Shown: positions 17,605 to 30,268, counted from the stretch's first letter. The stretch is DNA of 64,000 nt from Puniceicoccales bacterium (GCA_031255005.1 JAIRTH010000001.1:768-64767); one strand, 5' to 3'. Program-made: numbers and translations. Notes: generated by a model from the letters alone, not told the origin.

Positions 17605-17701
17605 TTTTCTAAGAGGTAAGCGACAATTTACGCTAGGTTATTGCACTTCTTTTAACGAATGATCAATTGTCAAGAAAATAAAAAATTTTAAAAATCCCAT
17701 A

Positions 17702-18007
17702 TTATGCTTTAATACTTATCTCAACCCCTGCAGGTAAATTCAATTTTTTTAACGAATCTATAGTATTGCTTGTCGGTTCATGAATCTCGATCATCCTATC
17801 ATGCGTACATAATTCATATTGATCCATTGATTTTTTGTCTTTATGGGGAGATCTATTAACCGTAAAGCGTTCTTTTCGCGTAGGTAATGGAACGGGGCCC
17901 ACCACCCTTGCACCGGAACGTTTAGCAGTGTCAACAATTTCTGCCGATGACAAATCAACCAATCTATAATCAAAACTTTTCAATTTTATCCTAATTCTAT
18001 GAGCCAT
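17702..18007 (-). CDS. rpsJ: 30S ribosomal protein S10
   Basis: '[39 protein letters not shown]'. Confidence 0.95.
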   Translation of the reverse strand: MAHRIRIKLKSFDYRLVDLSSAEIVDTAKRSGARVVGPVPLPTRKERFTVNRSPHKDKKSMDQYELCTHDRMIEIHEPTSNTIDSLKKLNLPAGVEISIKA

Positions 18008-18016
18008 AAAACTACC

Positions 18017-20203
18017 CTAAGCACGTGCGACGGCACGTATGGAATTTTCAACTATTTGCTGGAGCGAATTCGCAGGAACTTGCTCAAAATGCGACGGTGT
18101 CATGGAATAACTTGCACGCCCTTTGGTTAATGAACGAATATCTGTCGCATATCCGAACATGGTTTCAAGGGGAACAAAAGCGATCACACTAGCAAAAGCC
18201 CCCCTCGTTTCCATACTTTGAATTTGCCCACGACGCCTATTTATATCACCCATTATATCTCCTTGATATTCATCTGGTGTAGATATTTCGACCTTCATTA
18301 TTGGTTCAAGCAATATGGGTGATGCCTTTTTCATCGCCTCTTTAAAGGCAAAAATGCCGGCCATCCTAAACGCCATTTCCGAAGAATCAACTTCATGAAA
18401 ACTTCCATCAATTATTCTTACCTTAAAATCTATCACTTGGTATCCAGCCACCACACCATTCTTCGATCCTTCAATTATGCCATCCTGAGTCGGCTTTATA
18501 TATTCCTTTGGAATAGCACCACCAACTATTTCATTGATAATTTCAATGCCTTCGCCTCGAGAAGTAGGTTCAATCTTAACAATTGCATGGCCATATTGAC
18601 CGCGCCCGCCGGACTGTCTTATAAATTTACCTTCGCCGGTGGCTTCTGCTGAAATGGTTTCTTTATAGGCAATTTGCGGTCGACCAGAGGTCACATTGAC
18701 GCCAAATTCCCGAAACAATCTGTCGCATATTATTTCGAGATGTAACTCACCCATGCCGGCTATTATCATCTGCCCTGTTTCGGTATTTGTAGAAACCTTA
18801 AACGTTGGATCTTCCTCAGCTAAATTTTGCAGTGCTGTGGACAATTTTTCCCTATCATCTTTTGCCTTCGGTTCGATGGACATACTTATCACTGGCTCGG
18901 GAAATGTGGGCGGTTCTAAAATTACTTCCGCATCCCGTGTACACAAAGTGTCGCCGGTGACAATGCCCTTGATGCCTATGAGAGCGCAAATATCGCCAGA
19001 ATAGGCCACACTTATATCTTCGCGAGAATCAGCTTTCATGATCATTAACCTGCTGACCCTTTCGGTTTTGCCAGTGCGCGGATTGTAAACACTATCTCCT
19101 TTTTTAAGCTGACCGGCATATACTCTACAAAAAATAAGCTTTCCCACGTAGGGATCCGACATCAATTTGAAAGCCAATACCGCTGGATTTGCGCTATCAT
19201 CGGGAGCAATTCCAATTTCAGAACCATCATCATTAAATGCCTTCATTGGTGGCAAATCCAATGGAGATGGCAAATATTCCACCACGGCATCGAGCAAAAA
19301 CTGAACCCCTTTTTTCTTAAATGAACTGCCCGGTATAACTCCTATAAAATCCATCGATAGAGTAGCTTTTCTTATGGCAATGCGTATTTCATCGATTGAT
19401 AACTCTTTGCCTTCTAAGTATTTTTCTGCAATTGTGTCATCGTAATCAGCTATGGCTTCGATTAATGCCTCTCTATGTTTTTTTGCTTCATTTAGATATT
19501 CGGCCGGTATTTCAATCGTATCATACTTAGTCCCAAGCTCATCGGATTCATCGTATACATAGGCCTTCATTTTTACCAAATCGATGAGGCCACGAAAATT
19601 TTCTTCTTGACCAAAATTCAAATATAGCGGATGGGCATTGCCACCAAGTTTGGTTCTTATATCTTCAACAGCACCGAGAAAATCTGCGCCGGTACGATCC
19701 ATTTTATTTATGAACGCTATTCTTGGGACATTATACTTATCCATTTGCCTCCAAACGGTTTCCGATTGTGGTTGAACGCCGGCCACGGCACAAAATACAG
19801 CCACAGCTCCATCTAGTACCCGCAACGACCTTTCCACTTCGGCCGTAAAATCTACGTGACCAGGTGTATCGATAATATTTATTTGATGCTTTATTCCAGA
19901 AAAATTACCTTCATTTGTTTTCCATGAACAACTTATGGCAGCGGAAGTTATGGTTATTCCTCGTTCTCTTTCTTGTTCCATCCAATCGGTAACCGCGGTA
20001 CCATCGTGAACTTCTCCCATTTTATGGACCACCCCGGTGTAATATAATATCCTTTCGGTGGTGGTGGTTTTTCCGGCATCTATATGAGCGGCTATGCCAA
20101 TATTTCTAGTATATTCCAGCGGCGTGCTACGATCTGGAGAGTTTACCGACGAAATCTTTTTACGATCTGAAGGATTTATTGACGAAATCTTTTTAATGGC
20201 CAT
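18017..20203 (-). CDS. fusA: Elongation factor G with an N-terminal extension built from an 11-aa tandem duplication
   Basis: '[24 protein letters not shown]', 'DTPGHVDF', 'NKMDR', domain IV/V motifs. ATG at 20203 (MAIKK...) preferred to the TTG at 20218. Confidence 0.95.
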   Translation of the reverse strand: MAIKKISSINPSDRKKISSVNSPDRSTPLEYTRNIGIAAHIDAGKTTTTERILYYTGVVHKMGEVHDGTAVTDWMEQERERGITITSAAISCSWKTNEGNFSGIKHQINIIDTPGHVDFTAEVERSLRVLDGAVAVFCAVAGVQPQSETVWRQMDKYNVPRIAFINKMDRTGADFLGAVEDIRTKLGGNAHPLYLNFGQEENFRGLIDLVKMKAYVYDESDELGTKYDTIEIPAEYLNEAKKHREALIEAIADYDDTIAEKYLEGKELSIDEIRIAIRKATLSMDFIGVIPGSSFKKKGVQFLLDAVVEYLPSPLDLPPMKAFNDDGSEIGIAPDDSANPAVLAFKLMSDPYVGKLIFCRVYAGQLKKGDSVYNPRTGKTERVSRLMIMKADSREDISVAYSGDICALIGIKGIVTGDTLCTRDAEVILEPPTFPEPVISMSIEPKAKDDREKLSTALQNLAEEDPTFKVSTNTETGQMIIAGMGELHLEIICDRLFREFGVNVTSGRPQIAYKETISAEATGEGKFIRQSGGRGQYGHAIVKIEPTSRGEGIEIINEIVGGAIPKEYIKPTQDGIIEGSKNGVVAGYQVIDFKVRIIDGSFHEVDSSEMAFRMAGIFAFKEAMKKASPILLEPIMKVEISTPDEYQGDIMGDINRRRGQIQSMETRGAFASVIAFVPLETMFGYATDIRSLTKGRASYSMTPSHFEQVPANSLQQIVENSIRAVARA
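20130..20195. repeat. 33-bp tandem duplication at the 5' end of fusA
   Basis: cgatctggagagtttaccgacgaaatcttttta (20130-20162) and cgatctgaaggatttattgacgaaatcttttta (20163-20195). Encodes [11 protein letters not shown] / [11 protein letters not shown]. Confidence 0.9.
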
Positions 20204-20220
20204 AATGAAAATATACAAAT

Positions 20221-20694
20221 TTACCAGACTAGATGCGCAAAAGCCCGATTTGCTTGAGCCATTTTGTGCATTTCTGTCTTTTTTTTGACCACCGCGCCGA
20301 TATTATTATAGGCATCAACTATTTCCTGGCCAAGAGCGTTGCGCATGCATTGGCCTTTTCTGCCATTCGCCATTTTGACCATCCATCTAAATACAAGACT
20401 TTGCTGCCGCACATAAGGTACTTCCATGGGAACTTGATAGGTGGCGCCGCCTATTCGACGACTCTTTACCTCAAGCTTTGGCCTAGCATTTTCAATGGCT
20501 CCCATCAGTAATTCTATGGGATCACCTTTGCTAAGTTGTTCACTGGCATACTCTATTGCCCCGTATACTATGGAGCAGGCAAGAGATTTCTTGCCACGCT
20601 CCATTACTATATTAACCAACTGACCTACCAATTGGCTATTAAACCTAGGATCCTTCGCTATTTCTCGCTTCTCTGCTCTTCTGCGCCTTGACAT
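20221..20694 (-). CDS. rpsG: 30S ribosomal protein S7
   Basis: '[16 protein letters not shown]', and ends '[10 protein letters not shown]'. Confidence 0.95.
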   Translation of the reverse strand: MSRRRRAEKREIAKDPRFNSQLVGQLVNIVMERGKKSLACSIVYGAIEYASEQLSKGDPIELLMGAIENARPKLEVKSRRIGGATYQVPMEVPYVRQQSLVFRWMVKMANGRKGQCMRNALGQEIVDAYNNIGAVVKKKTEMHKMAQANRAFAHLVW

Positions 20695-20717
20695 ACCTAC
20701 CTCCGCATCTCCGTTGA

Positions 20718-21101
20718 TTACTTTTTATTAGCCTTTGGTCTTTTGACTCCATATTTGGATCTGCTGCGACGACGTTTTTCAACTCCCGTACAATCAAGTG
20801 CTCCACGAACCACGTGATACCTAACTCCAGGTAGATCTTTTACCCTTCCTCCGCGAACTAGAACGACGCTATGCTCTTGCAAACTATGTCCTTCATCAGG
20901 AATATAGGCAACTATCTCCATTTTGTTAGTTAATCGAACCTTAGTAACCTTACGAATGGCCGAATTTGGTTTTTTTGGTGTGCGCGTCATAACCTGTATA
21001 CAAACACCACGCCGAAACGGATTACTCCTCAGCGCCGGAGCTTTTGATTTTACTAAACTACTAACCCTTGGGTTATTTATTAACTGATTAATTGTAGGCA
21101 T
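20718..21101 (-). CDS. rpsL: 30S ribosomal protein S12
   Basis: 'MPTINQLI', '[11 protein letters not shown]', '[16 protein letters not shown]'. Confidence 0.96.
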   Translation of the reverse strand: MPTINQLINNPRVSSLVKSKAPALRSNPFRRGVCIQVMTRTPKKPNSAIRKVTKVRLTNKMEIVAYIPDEGHSLQEHSVVLVRGGRVKDLPGVRYHVVRGALDCTGVEKRRRSRSKYGVKRPKANKK

Positions 21102-21207
21102 CGAAACACTAATTTATTATTGTTATTAAACGAATCCGAGTAGAGGTAGAATTAAAAAACTGTGTGAATGCAAGCATTTATTTATAAAATTACACAATTT
21201 ATATATA

Positions 21208-24200
21208 TCACACATGAGTTGCGGTTAAATTTTCAATAACTTCTGGAACGAAATTATTGCCTTTAACTTCCTGTTTTTTATCATCTAAGTATATTATTTT
21301 CAGCTTTCTATATTTCGGCAATCCGGTACCAGCTGGTATCAAATGGCCCATTATAACATTTTCTTTAAATCCTTTCAATTCATCGACCTTGCACATGGTG
21401 GCTGCATCGGTCAAAACCCTCGTGGTTTCCTGAAATGAGGCTGCCGATATGAAGCTTTCTGTTTCCAACGAAGCCTTTGTCACTCCTAACAACACCGGAT
21501 CTGCTTCAGCTGGTTTGCCTCCGGCTTCAATTATCTCATTATTCCGTTCCATAAACTCATCTTTATCAATCTGTTCGCCCCAGAAGAAATCTGAATCGCC
21601 AGGATCTGTGACCCGAACCTTTCGCAACATCCTTGCAACAATGAGTTCAATATGCTTGTCATTGATTGTAACGCCTTGTAACCTATAGACTTTTTGAATT
21701 TCAGCGATGAGATATTCCTGGACGCTGGAAACACCGAGAATCTCTAAAACTTCATGAGGGTCGGCAGATCCATCGGTTAAATGTTGGCCTCTACTGACAA
21801 AATCTCCTTCATGGACAACAATTTGTGTGCTATGAGGGATTAAATGTTCTTCCCTTCGGCCAGTTTCAGAATCAGTGATCCAAATCCTCTTTTTATTTCT
21901 AACAGTGCCGCCAAATGATACAACACCATCAATTTTTGCCATTTCAGCAGCTTCTTTGGGTCTTCGCGCTTCAAATAGTTCTGCCACACGGGGTAATCCA
22001 CCTGTGATATCATGCGTTTTTGAAGCAGATCTTGGAGTCTTGGCAAGCAAGGCACCAGCTGAAATCATATTTTCATCATCCACAATGACCTGAGCACCGG
22101 TCGGAATTGCATAGGATGCAACTACTTTGGACTCATCACCATCGGATTCTTCCAAAATATCTATGATAGGATTCAGATCTTCTTTGTGTTCAACGACAAT
22201 CGTTGTGATTTTATCACTGGCTTCGTCTATGTCTCTACGTATTGTAACTCCTTGAATCATATCGCGAAATCGAATTCGTCCAGAACATTCAGACATAATT
22301 GGCACATTATGTGGGTCCCATATGGCCAGCAATTGACCCTTTTCCACAGCGGCCTCATTGTCCGCAGTCAAAACGGCGCCGTGCACCAGACTATATCTAT
22401 CGATTTCATTACCGTCCTTCGTATACAGGGCCAGATAGCCAGATTTATTTAGAACAATATTCGCACCGTCGGCAGTTTTCACAAGTCGAGTGTCTATGTA
22501 TTTTATTATGCCATCTTCACAAGCTCGCAGTTCTGGAGTTTTAAGCATCTGACTAGCAACGCCTCCGATATGGAATGTACGCATCGTAAGCTGGGTGCCA
22601 GGCTCGCCTATGGATTGAGCTGCAATTATGCCCACCGCCGAGCCGCATTCCACCATGCTATTCGTAGCCGGATCGATGCCATAGGAAAGTGCAGAAATAC
22701 CATTTCTTCGCATACTGGTGAGCGGCGACAAAATTTTAACCCTTTCTATACCACAATCATCAATTTTTTTCGCGATGTCTGTAGTGATCAAGCCAGCTGC
22801 ATAAATTATCACCTCATCTGGTTTGAATGGATTATGAATATCGTCGGCCGCACATCGTCCAACTATACGCTCTTTCAGGCTAACCACTTCATTTTCACCG
22901 TCCATGATCGCCTGTTTCCATACGCCATTGCGCACTTCATCGTCATAGCAACTCACTATGCAATCCATCGAAACGTCGCATAATTTACGAGTCAAATAGC
23001 CTGCGTCGGCGGTTTTCAATGCCACATCTGCTAAGCCTTTACGCGCGCCATGGGTCGAGATAAAATATTCCAACACCGAAAGTCCTTCTCTAAATGAAGA
23101 AAGAATTGGCTGTTCAATTATTTCGCCGGATGGTTTGGCCATCAATCCGCGCATGCCGCATAACTGCCTGACCTGCTGCCTATTACCTCTTGCTCCGGAG
23201 TCCATCATCAAGTAGACAGGGTTTATAAAATCTCTGCCATCATTTTTTTGTAGACTTTTGAAGACATTATTGGAAATTTCATCGGTGGTATTGGTCCAAA
23301 TGTCCACAATTTTATTATACCTTTCCCCGGAAGTTATTATGCCTTTTTTGAACTGATTATCAACCTCTGCGACCTTTTCTCTAGCCTTCGAGATGTCCGA
23401 TGTCTTATTATTCGGAATTATCATATCCGTAACGCCGATGGATAGGCCGGCTTGCATCGCGCTGGAAAATCCTAGATTTTTTAATCGATCTAACATGGCT
23501 ATGGCTTCTTTCTGGCCTGCCACTTTGTAAGTCGCTGCTATTAAATCACCTAGCAATCCTTTTCCCACGGATTCGTTGGCAAATCCAAGGCTTTTCGGAA
23601 AAATGCTATTAAATATTACCCTGCCTACGGTGGTTTCGATTATCTTTTTCTTTGGATCGCCATGCCTGGTGGCGCGATCGTAATCCGGATTTGGAATATG
23701 TACCCAATCGTGGACGGTCAGATAGCCATCTGCCTTAGCCATAAGGACTTCCTCATAGCAACTAAACAGTGGAATTCTCTTAGATTTTTCAGTTTTTTTA
23801 GGTTCATAGGTAAGATAATATACGCCCAGTATTATATCTTGGGACGGCGTCAATATGGGCTTGCCGCTGGATGGTGAAAACATGTTATTTGTGGCCATCA
23901 TGAGCAACTTACATTCCATGACGGCTTCTATGGATAGAGGCACATGCACCGCCATTTGATCTCCGTCAAAATCAGCATTGAATGGAATGCATACCAATGG
24001 GTGTAACCTAATTGCTTCGCCTTCAATCAGTATTGGTTCAAATGCCTGGATCGACAATCGATGCAAAGTAGGGGCTCGATTCAATAATATGGGATGACCT
24101 CGGGTTACTTCTTCCAAAATATCCCATACCTCTGGCGATTGTTTCTCTATCATTTTCCTCGCGCTTCGTACAGTATGAACAAATCCAAAGTCCTTTAACC

Positions 24201-25356
24201 GCCTGATTATAAATGGTTCAAATAATACAAGTGCCATTTTCTTCGGTAGACCACATTGATGCAGTTTTAATTCTGGGCCGATGACAATGACCGAACGTCC
24301 GCTGTAATCAACACGTTTTCCAAGTAGGTTTTGCCTAAATCGACCTTGTTTCCCTTTAAGCATGTCACTCAATGACTTAAGTGGACGATTGCCTGATCCA
24401 AGAACTGCTTTACCATGCCGGCCATTGTCAAAAAGGGCATCCACGGCTTCTTGGAGCATGCGCATTTCATTATGTACAATCACGTCCGGTGTTTTCAATT
24501 GCAGTAAGCTCTTCAGCCGGTTATTTCTATTAATCACGCGTCGATACAGATCGTTAAGATCGCTGGTGGCAAATCGACCGCCATCCAAGGGAACCAATGG
24601 CCTGAGATCCGGTGGCAATATGGGTAGAGCTTCCAGAATCATCCACTCTGGTCGAGAGCCGGATTTTGAAAATCCAGATATGAGTTTTAGTCGCTTGGCT
24701 AGCTTTTTTTTCAATTGCTTAGAGTTCGTGTTGTACATGTCCTCCTGGATGTTACAAATCATATCGTCCAGATCCATCACCGATAAAATTTCTCTCAGGG
24801 CGATGGCACCCATCTTTGCAGTGAATGCATCGTCACTATATTCGGAACATAACTCGTTGTATTCCTGTTCACTTATGAGTTGTTTCTTTTTTAGCGGTGT
24901 TGTGCCGGGATCGATGACCATGTAGCTTTCATAATATATGACCTTTTCCAGTTCTCGAACCGTCATGTCTAGAAATAGGCTAAGTCTACTGGGTAGACTT
25001 TTCAAAAACCATATGTGAGCGACCGGAATTGCCAGCTCCACGTGCCCCATTCGTTCGCGCCTTGTCCTGGAAACAGTTACTTCCACGCCGCAGCGATCGC
25101 AGATGGTGCCTTTATATTTTATTCTTTTATATTTACCGCAGGCACATTCGTAATCACGAGTTGGGCCGAATATTCTTTGGCAAAACAAACCGCCAGGTTC
25201 TGGTTTGAATGTTCTGTAATTTATTGTCTCAGGGTTTTTTACCTCACCGCGTGACCAGGAACGAATGGCATCCGGCGAAGCGATAGAAATGGCAACACTA
25301 TCGAAGTTATCGTCACCTTCGAACCCTAAAAACTCTCTTACCTCTTGATTGCTCAT
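21208..25356 (-). CDS. rpoC: DNA-directed RNA polymerase subunit beta'
   Basis: Zinc motif '[23 protein letters not shown]', catalytic '[14 protein letters not shown]', 1382 aa. Confidence 0.97.
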   Translation of the reverse strand: MSNQEVREFLGFEGDDNFDSVAISIASPDAIRSWSRGEVKNPETINYRTFKPEPGGLFCQRIFGPTRDYECACGKYKRIKYKGTICDRCGVEVTVSRTRRERMGHVELAIPVAHIWFLKSLPSRLSLFLDMTVRELEKVIYYESYMVIDPGTTPLKKKQLISEQEYNELCSEYSDDAFTAKMGAIALREILSVMDLDDMICNIQEDMYNTNSKQLKKKLAKRLKLISGFSKSGSRPEWMILEALPILPPDLRPLVPLDGGRFATSDLNDLYRRVINRNNRLKSLLQLKTPDVIVHNEMRMLQEAVDALFDNGRHGKAVLGSGNRPLKSLSDMLKGKQGRFRQNLLGKRVDYSGRSVIVIGPELKLHQCGLPKKMALVLFEPFIIRRLKDFGFVHTVRSARKMIEKQSPEVWDILEEVTRGHPILLNRAPTLHRLSIQAFEPILIEGEAIRLHPLVCIPFNADFDGDQMAVHVPLSIEAVMECKLLMMATNNMFSPSSGKPILTPSQDIILGVYYLTYEPKKTEKSKRIPLFSCYEEVLMAKADGYLTVHDWVHIPNPDYDRATRHGDPKKKIIETTVGRVIFNSIFPKSLGFANESVGKGLLGDLIAATYKVAGQKEAIAMLDRLKNLGFSSAMQAGLSIGVTDMIIPNNKTSDISKAREKVAEVDNQFKKGIITSGERYNKIVDIWTNTTDEISNNVFKSLQKNDGRDFINPVYLMMDSGARGNRQQVRQLCGMRGLMAKPSGEIIEQPILSSFREGLSVLEYFISTHGARKGLADVALKTADAGYLTRKLCDVSMDCIVSCYDDEVRNGVWKQAIMDGENEVVSLKERIVGRCAADDIHNPFKPDEVIIYAAGLITTDIAKKIDDCGIERVKILSPLTSMRRNGISALSYGIDPATNSMVECGSAVGIIAAQSIGEPGTQLTMRTFHIGGVASQMLKTPELRACEDGIIKYIDTRLVKTADGANIVLNKSGYLALYTKDGNEIDRYSLVHGAVLTADNEAAVEKGQLLAIWDPHNVPIMSECSGRIRFRDMIQGVTIRRDIDEASDKITTIVVEHKEDLNPIIDILEESDGDESKVVASYAIPTGAQVIVDDENMISAGALLAKTPRSASKTHDITGGLPRVAELFEARRPKEAAEMAKIDGVVSFGGTVRNKKRIWITDSETGRREEHLIPHSTQIVVHEGDFVSRGQHLTDGSADPHEVLEILGVSSVQEYLIAEIQKVYRLQGVTINDKHIELIVARMLRKVRVTDPGDSDFFWGEQIDKDEFMERNNEIIEAGGKPAEADPVLLGVTKASLETESFISAASFQETTRVLTDAATMCKVDELKGFKENVIMGHLIPAGTGLPKYRKLKIIYLDDKKQEVKGNNFVPEVIENLTATHV

Positions 25357-25374
25357 TATGAATTATAATATATA

Positions 25375-28300
25375 TTAATCAACAAAACTGTCTTCGTTTT
25401 CGAGTCTTACATCCAGGCATAGACTTTGAATTTCCTTCATAAGTACATTAAATGACTGAGGCATACCGGCTTGCAGTGAATTATCACCTTTAACCAGTGA
25501 CTCATAGGTTTTGGTCCTACCTTGGACATCATCGGATTTGACCGTTAAAAGTTCTTGCAATGTATAGGCTGCACCGTAGGCTTCCAGTGCCCAGACTTCC
25601 ATTTCACCAAATCTCTGACCGCCATATTGGGCTTTGCCGCCAAGCGGTTGTTGGGTTATCAGACTGTATGGTCCCACGGCTCTGGCATGTATCTTGTTGG
25701 ACACGAGGTGGTTCAATTTCATCATATATATGTATCCTACCACCACGTCTTGATCGAAGATTTCACCGGTTAGTCCGTCGAAAAGACGGGATTTACCGGT
25801 TTCGGGGAGATCTGCTTTTTTAAGAAACTCTCGAATTTTCAATTCCGGCATTCCATCAAATATGGGAGTTGCTGCTTTTAGGCCGAGCTTTTGGCAAGCC
25901 CAACCGAGATGAGTTTCTAAGACCTGACCGACATTCATTCGGCTTGGGACGCCCAGCGGATTTAGGATGATATCCACCGGTGTGCCATCGGGCAAAAATG
26001 GCATATCTTCTTGCCGCACAATGTTGGAAACAACACCTTTATTTCCGTGACGCCCAGCCATTTTATCGCCCACCTGAATCTTTCGTTTAGTGGCTATGTA
26101 GACCTTCACATTCTTTATAATGCCGCTGTCATCTATGTCACCGGATTCGATGGATTCTATTTTTTTAACCCTTTCTTGCTCAAGTTCTTCGAATCTACCT
26201 TTGTAATTTTCAACTATTTCCATGATTCGGTTTTTAACCGGCGAAGCGGCGATTTCCACCGAGTCGAAACAGGAAGCTAATTTGCGAAGCAGAGTTTTGG
26301 TTATTTTTCTATTTGCTGGTATAATTATTTCGCCATTTAAACCATTTATGACATCAAGCGGAATTTTTTCGCCGAGCAAAATACTGGATAGCGCTTCGGT
26401 CAGATCATCCTTCAATTTGTCGGATTGACTACGAAATTCCTCATTGACTTTCTTTGTTCTACGTCGCAAATCAGCCGTCGAAATATCTTCTTTTTCTCGA
26501 TCAATGTGTCCGGATACCTTCACATCCATGACTATGCCAGAACATCCCGGTGGTACAGTAAGCGACGAATCTCGGACATCGTCGGCTTTTTCGCCGAAAA
26601 TCGCTCGGAGTAATTTTTCTTCGGGGATCAAATCGGTTTCACTTTTGGGAGTTATTTTACCCACAAGTATATCTCCAGGTTTTACTTCTGCACCAATTTT
26701 TATTACACCGTCTCTGCCAAGATTTTTCAATGCCTCTTCGCTGACATTGGGAATATCTTTCGTTATTTCTTCGGCACCAAGTTTTGTGTCTCGGGCCACC
26801 ACTTCGAATTCCTCTATGTGAATAGATGTGAACACATCGTCTTTTATCAGCCTGTCGCTCAATATAATAGCATCCTGGAAGTTGTAACCGTTCCAGGGCA
26901 TGAATGCTACCAAGACATTTCGACCCAGTGCGAGTTCGCCATTGTCAGTGGCTGCGCCGTCGGCTAAAACATCTCCGGCACAGACGCTTTGACCCCTTTG
27001 GACCTCTGGTCTTTGATTAAAGCAGGTGGCGGCATTGGATCGTACAAATTTTCGCAAATTATATACCGATAAGTCCTTGTTCGCTATAGCCTTAGAGTCA
27101 ATTCTTTTGGGAAGCTTACCATCTTTGGTGACTATTATGCGAGATGAATCGACCGAGGTTACGATTCCGTCAAATTTTGCAATTACCACATTTTTCGAAT
27201 CGACTGCCACTCTTTTTTCTATGCCGGTACCGACGAAAGGCGCTTCCGGAGCGATTAATGGCACTCCTTGACGTTGCATGTTCGAGCCCATCAACGCTCG
27301 GGCTGGATCGTCGTGTTCGATAAAAGGGATTAATCCGGCGGCGACCGATAGAACCTGTTTTGGCGAAACATCCATGAAATTTACCTCTCGAGGATCCACT
27401 TCCAGAAATGCATCTCCCTTTCTGACTTGTACTTTGCCCACAAGATATCCATTTCCATCCACTTCAGAATTTGCCTGGGCGATGACTGCATCTTCCTCTT
27501 CGGAGGCATCCATGTACATCACTTCGTCTGTAACCTTGCCTTTTTTGACCACGCGATAGGGCGTTTCGATGAAACCAAACTCATTGATTTTGGCATAGAT
27601 ACTGAGCGAATTTATCAATCCAATGTTTGGACCTTCCGGTGTTTCTATGGGGCAAATTCTGCCGTAGTGAGAAGTATGCACATCCCGAACGTCAAGACCA
27701 GCTCTGTCACGGCTCAATCCTCCTGGCCCTAAAGCAGATAATCTGCGTTTGTGAGCCAGCTCAGCCAGTGGATTAATTTGATCCATAAATTGAGATAACT
27801 GACTGCGGGCGAAGAAGTCGCGAATCACGCTCATGAATATTTTTGGATTGACTAATTTTTGCGGAACAATGGCATCGACACTGTTATCAAATAATGCAAT
27901 TCGTTCTTTTACAAGACGTTCCATTCTTGATAAGCCTATTCTACATTGATTCATGAGAAGCTCGCCCACATTGCGAATTCTTCTATTGCCGAGGTGGTCT
28001 ATGTCGTCGATGGAATGCTCTCCTTTTTTTAGTCGACATAGCCTTTTGGTTGCTTCCACAATGTCATTGGCGTCCAGAAGCCTGTCCTCTAAATTCCTGC
28101 GCATCTTGAGCTTCTGGTTCAATTTTTTTCTACCAACCCGACCCAAATCATAGCGTTTGCGATCTCCAAATAGCCGCAACATCATTGCCTTGGCATTGGT
28201 GGTGGTGGCTGGTTCGCCGGGTCGAAGTTTTCGATACATTTCTCTCAGCGCTTCGTCTGTATTTTTTGTGGTATCTTTCTTTAGACTGCGCACGATCATA

Positions 28301-29139
28301 CCGTCATCTAAGCTCGCATCCACCACAGAGATATGTGCAATGCCGGCATTTTTAAATGTGTCTATAATGGTTTTCGAAAGCTGTTCATGTTCCCTGGCTA
28401 ATACAATTCCATCTTTTGTGTCGATAATATCTTCTACCAGAACGTAATCCGAAATGTTGTCGCATTGATCAAAAAATTCTAATGGTTTTTCTTCTAAATT
28501 ATAAAATAATTTGAGTATTTCTATGTCAGATCCATGACCAAATGCACGTAACAGTGTGGTAACCAAGAACTTCCTTCGACGTCTTCGGCGATCCAAATAA
28601 ACATACAGTAAATCGCTTTGGTCGAATTGAACTTCTATCCAAGTGCCGCGATCTGGAATTACTCGGAAGGAGTACAAAATTTTTCCACTGGTATGTCGAG
28701 TTCCTTCGTAGCATATGCCTGGAGATCTATGTAGTTGACTGACAACGACGCGCTCAGCACCATTTATCACAAAAGAACCACGTTCTCCCATTATTGGTAA
28801 TTCTCCAAAATATATCTCCTCTTCTTTTATTTCGTTACCTTCTCGTAATCTAAGTGTCACATACAGAGAGGTCGAATAGGTAATGCCCTCACGCACGCAG
28901 TAATCTTCATGATGCCGCGGTTCACAAATTCTATAGGAAACATATTCAAGGCTGCAACGCCCATCATAGCTTCCTATGGGAAAAAATTCGCGAAGGACGC
29001 TTTCTAGCCCAACATCCATGCGATTGCTAATGGGCACATTTTTTTGAAGAAATTCGTCAAAAGAATTTACCTGAATTTCTATGAAATTTGGCGGAGCTAT
29101 TACCTCTTTAAGTCGCCCGAAATCAACACGTTCTGACAT
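25375..29139 (-). CDS. rpoB: DNA-directed RNA polymerase subunit beta
   Basis: 'GRHGNKGVVS', 'PFIEHDDPARALMGSNMQRQ', 'PSRMNVGQ', 1254 aa. Confidence 0.97.
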   Translation of the reverse strand: MSERVDFGRLKEVIAPPNFIEIQVNSFDEFLQKNVPISNRMDVGLESVLREFFPIGSYDGRCSLEYVSYRICEPRHHEDYCVREGITYSTSLYVTLRLREGNEIKEEEIYFGELPIMGERGSFVINGAERVVVSQLHRSPGICYEGTRHTSGKILYSFRVIPDRGTWIEVQFDQSDLLYVYLDRRRRRRKFLVTTLLRAFGHGSDIEILKLFYNLEEKPLEFFDQCDNISDYVLVEDIIDTKDGIVLAREHEQLSKTIIDTFKNAGIAHISVVDASLDDGMIVRSLKKDTTKNTDEALREMYRKLRPGEPATTTNAKAMMLRLFGDRKRYDLGRVGRKKLNQKLKMRRNLEDRLLDANDIVEATKRLCRLKKGEHSIDDIDHLGNRRIRNVGELLMNQCRIGLSRMERLVKERIALFDNSVDAIVPQKLVNPKIFMSVIRDFFARSQLSQFMDQINPLAELAHKRRLSALGPGGLSRDRAGLDVRDVHTSHYGRICPIETPEGPNIGLINSLSIYAKINEFGFIETPYRVVKKGKVTDEVMYMDASEEEDAVIAQANSEVDGNGYLVGKVQVRKGDAFLEVDPREVNFMDVSPKQVLSVAAGLIPFIEHDDPARALMGSNMQRQGVPLIAPEAPFVGTGIEKRVAVDSKNVVIAKFDGIVTSVDSSRIIVTKDGKLPKRIDSKAIANKDLSVYNLRKFVRSNAATCFNQRPEVQRGQSVCAGDVLADGAATDNGELALGRNVLVAFMPWNGYNFQDAIILSDRLIKDDVFTSIHIEEFEVVARDTKLGAEEITKDIPNVSEEALKNLGRDGVIKIGAEVKPGDILVGKITPKSETDLIPEEKLLRAIFGEKADDVRDSSLTVPPGCSGIVMDVKVSGHIDREKEDISTADLRRRTKKVNEEFRSQSDKLKDDLTEALSSILLGEKIPLDVINGLNGEIIIPANRKITKTLLRKLASCFDSVEIAASPVKNRIMEIVENYKGRFEELEQERVKKIESIESGDIDDSGIIKNVKVYIATKRKIQVGDKMAGRHGNKGVVSNIVRQEDMPFLPDGTPVDIILNPLGVPSRMNVGQVLETHLGWACQKLGLKAATPIFDGMPELKIREFLKKADLPETGKSRLFDGLTGEIFDQDVVVGYIYMMKLNHLVSNKIHARAVGPYSLITQQPLGGKAQYGGQRFGEMEVWALEAYGAAYTLQELLTVKSDDVQGRTKTYESLVKGDNSLQAGMPQSFNVLMKEIQSLCLDVRLENEDSFVD

Positions 29140-29189
29140 AAGTTAAACACATAAATATCACACAAAAGCATGATTTTAAATAAATTGTT

Positions 29190-29234
29190 TGTAAAAATAA
29201 AAACAGTTGCTCAAGCCACCATGGCGATGGCTTG
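29190..29234 (-). terminator. Candidate attenuator hairpin plus T-run between rplL and rpoB
   Basis: On the minus strand: caagcca-tcgccatgg-tggcttg (7-bp stem, 9-nt loop), then agcaactg, then tttttattttt. The 8-nt spacer before the T-run is not canonical. The position matches the known rplL-rpoB attenuator of other bacteria. Confidence 0.3.
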
Positions 29235-29283
29235 CGAAACAGTGAATCACTAAAATTCCAACGAGACACTGCTGTGAAAGATA

Positions 29284-29667
29284 TTATTTCAGTTCTACCT
29301 TAGCCCCAGCATCTTCTAATTTCTTTTTTATATCTTCGGCTTCGGTTTTCGATATTCCTTCTTTCAACAACTTTGGCGCTCCCTCTACCAAATCCTTTGC
29401 TTCTTTAAGGCCGAGGCCAGTGACTGCTCGAACCTCTTTTATCACGCCGATTTTGTTTGTGCCGGCAGAGATCAAATTGACACTGAATTCAGTTTTTTCT
29501 TCGGCCACTTCAGCACTGGCTGCTGCTGGAGTAGCTGCCGAGATTGCCACAGGTGCAGAAGCACTTACGCCCCACTTGGCTTCTAAATCTTTAACCAACC
29601 CAGAAATTTCCAAAACGGACTGGGCACTTAACCATTCTACAACTTGTTCTTTTGTAATATTTGACAT
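29284..29667 (-). CDS. rplL: 50S ribosomal protein L7/L12
   Basis: '[13 protein letters not shown]' and '[21 protein letters not shown]'. The internal ATG is preceded by 'aggaggaaaaaag'. Confidence 0.95.
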   Translation of the reverse strand: MSNITKEQVVEWLSAQSVLEISGLVKDLEAKWGVSASAPVAISAATPAAASAEVAEEKTEFSVNLISAGTNKIGVIKEVRAVTGLGLKEAKDLVEGAPKLLKEGISKTEAEDIKKKLEDAGAKVELK

Positions 29668-29741
29668 CTTTTTTCCTCCTAAAGCATCCTTAGCGACAAA
29701 TGCCATTTAAGGGAATATCCCCCTAAGGATACAGTTAAAAT

Positions 29742-30263
29742 TTATACTCCCTGCTTCACTTTTGCATGTAACACATTGACAACACCTTGGGGAATCGCGT
29801 TTAAAATTCTTACCAAACCGCTGGCTGGTTCATTTAGAAGCGAAAGCAATTTTGCCTGCAACACTTCTAAACTCGGCAGCTCAGCCATGGCATTTATCTC
29901 ATTTGGTGACAATTTGTTAGATTTAAGTATACCTCCCTTAAACCACATTCTATTTTCATTGTCTTTGGAAAATTTTGCCAAGACCTTTGCCACAGCGGAA
30001 GGGTTGCTACCACCAACGATCATTGCCGTGTGACCAGCAAACCAAGACTTATCGAAGGAGTCAACCTTATTTTTCAGTGCTATGCGCAAAATGCTGTTTT
30101 TTACTACATGACACTCGGCGGCTTCGTTTCGTAAATTATTGCGCAGTATAGATATAGCTAAAACAGAAACACCAGTAAAATCCGATAAATAAACATAATC
30201 AGACTTACTGAGATGTTTTACGACCTCATCGACAAAAAATGCTTTTTCACTCCTCATTATCAA
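29742..30263 (-). CDS. rplJ: 50S ribosomal protein L10
   Basis: Position between rplA and rplL, size 173 aa, 'AECHVVKNSILRIAL'. Confidence 0.9.
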   Translation of the reverse strand: MIMRSEKAFFVDEVVKHLSKSDYVYLSDFTGVSVLAISILRNNLRNEAAECHVVKNSILRIALKNKVDSFDKSWFAGHTAMIVGGSNPSAVAKVLAKFSKDNENRMWFKGGILKSNKLSPNEINAMAELPSLEVLQAKLLSLLNEPASGLVRILNAIPQGVVNVLHAKVKQGV

Positions 30264-30268
30264 TTCTC

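Noticed and set aside
21154-21196. Possible terminator after rpoC (tgtgtaat...attcacaca followed by gtttttt on the minus strand)
   Set aside because: The stem is AT-rich with a mismatch and a 19-nt loop. It is too weak to call from sequence alone.
24362-24925. Long antisense ORFs inside rpoC, rpoB, tuf, fabF, mreB and the antiporter (e.g. 24362-24925, 32736-33266, 46820-47335, 47672-48166, 51177-51743)
   Set aside because: Each is on the opposite strand or in an alternative frame of a gene with strong conserved motifs. Their translations are low-complexity (Ser/Arg/Leu-rich), as expected for shadow frames.
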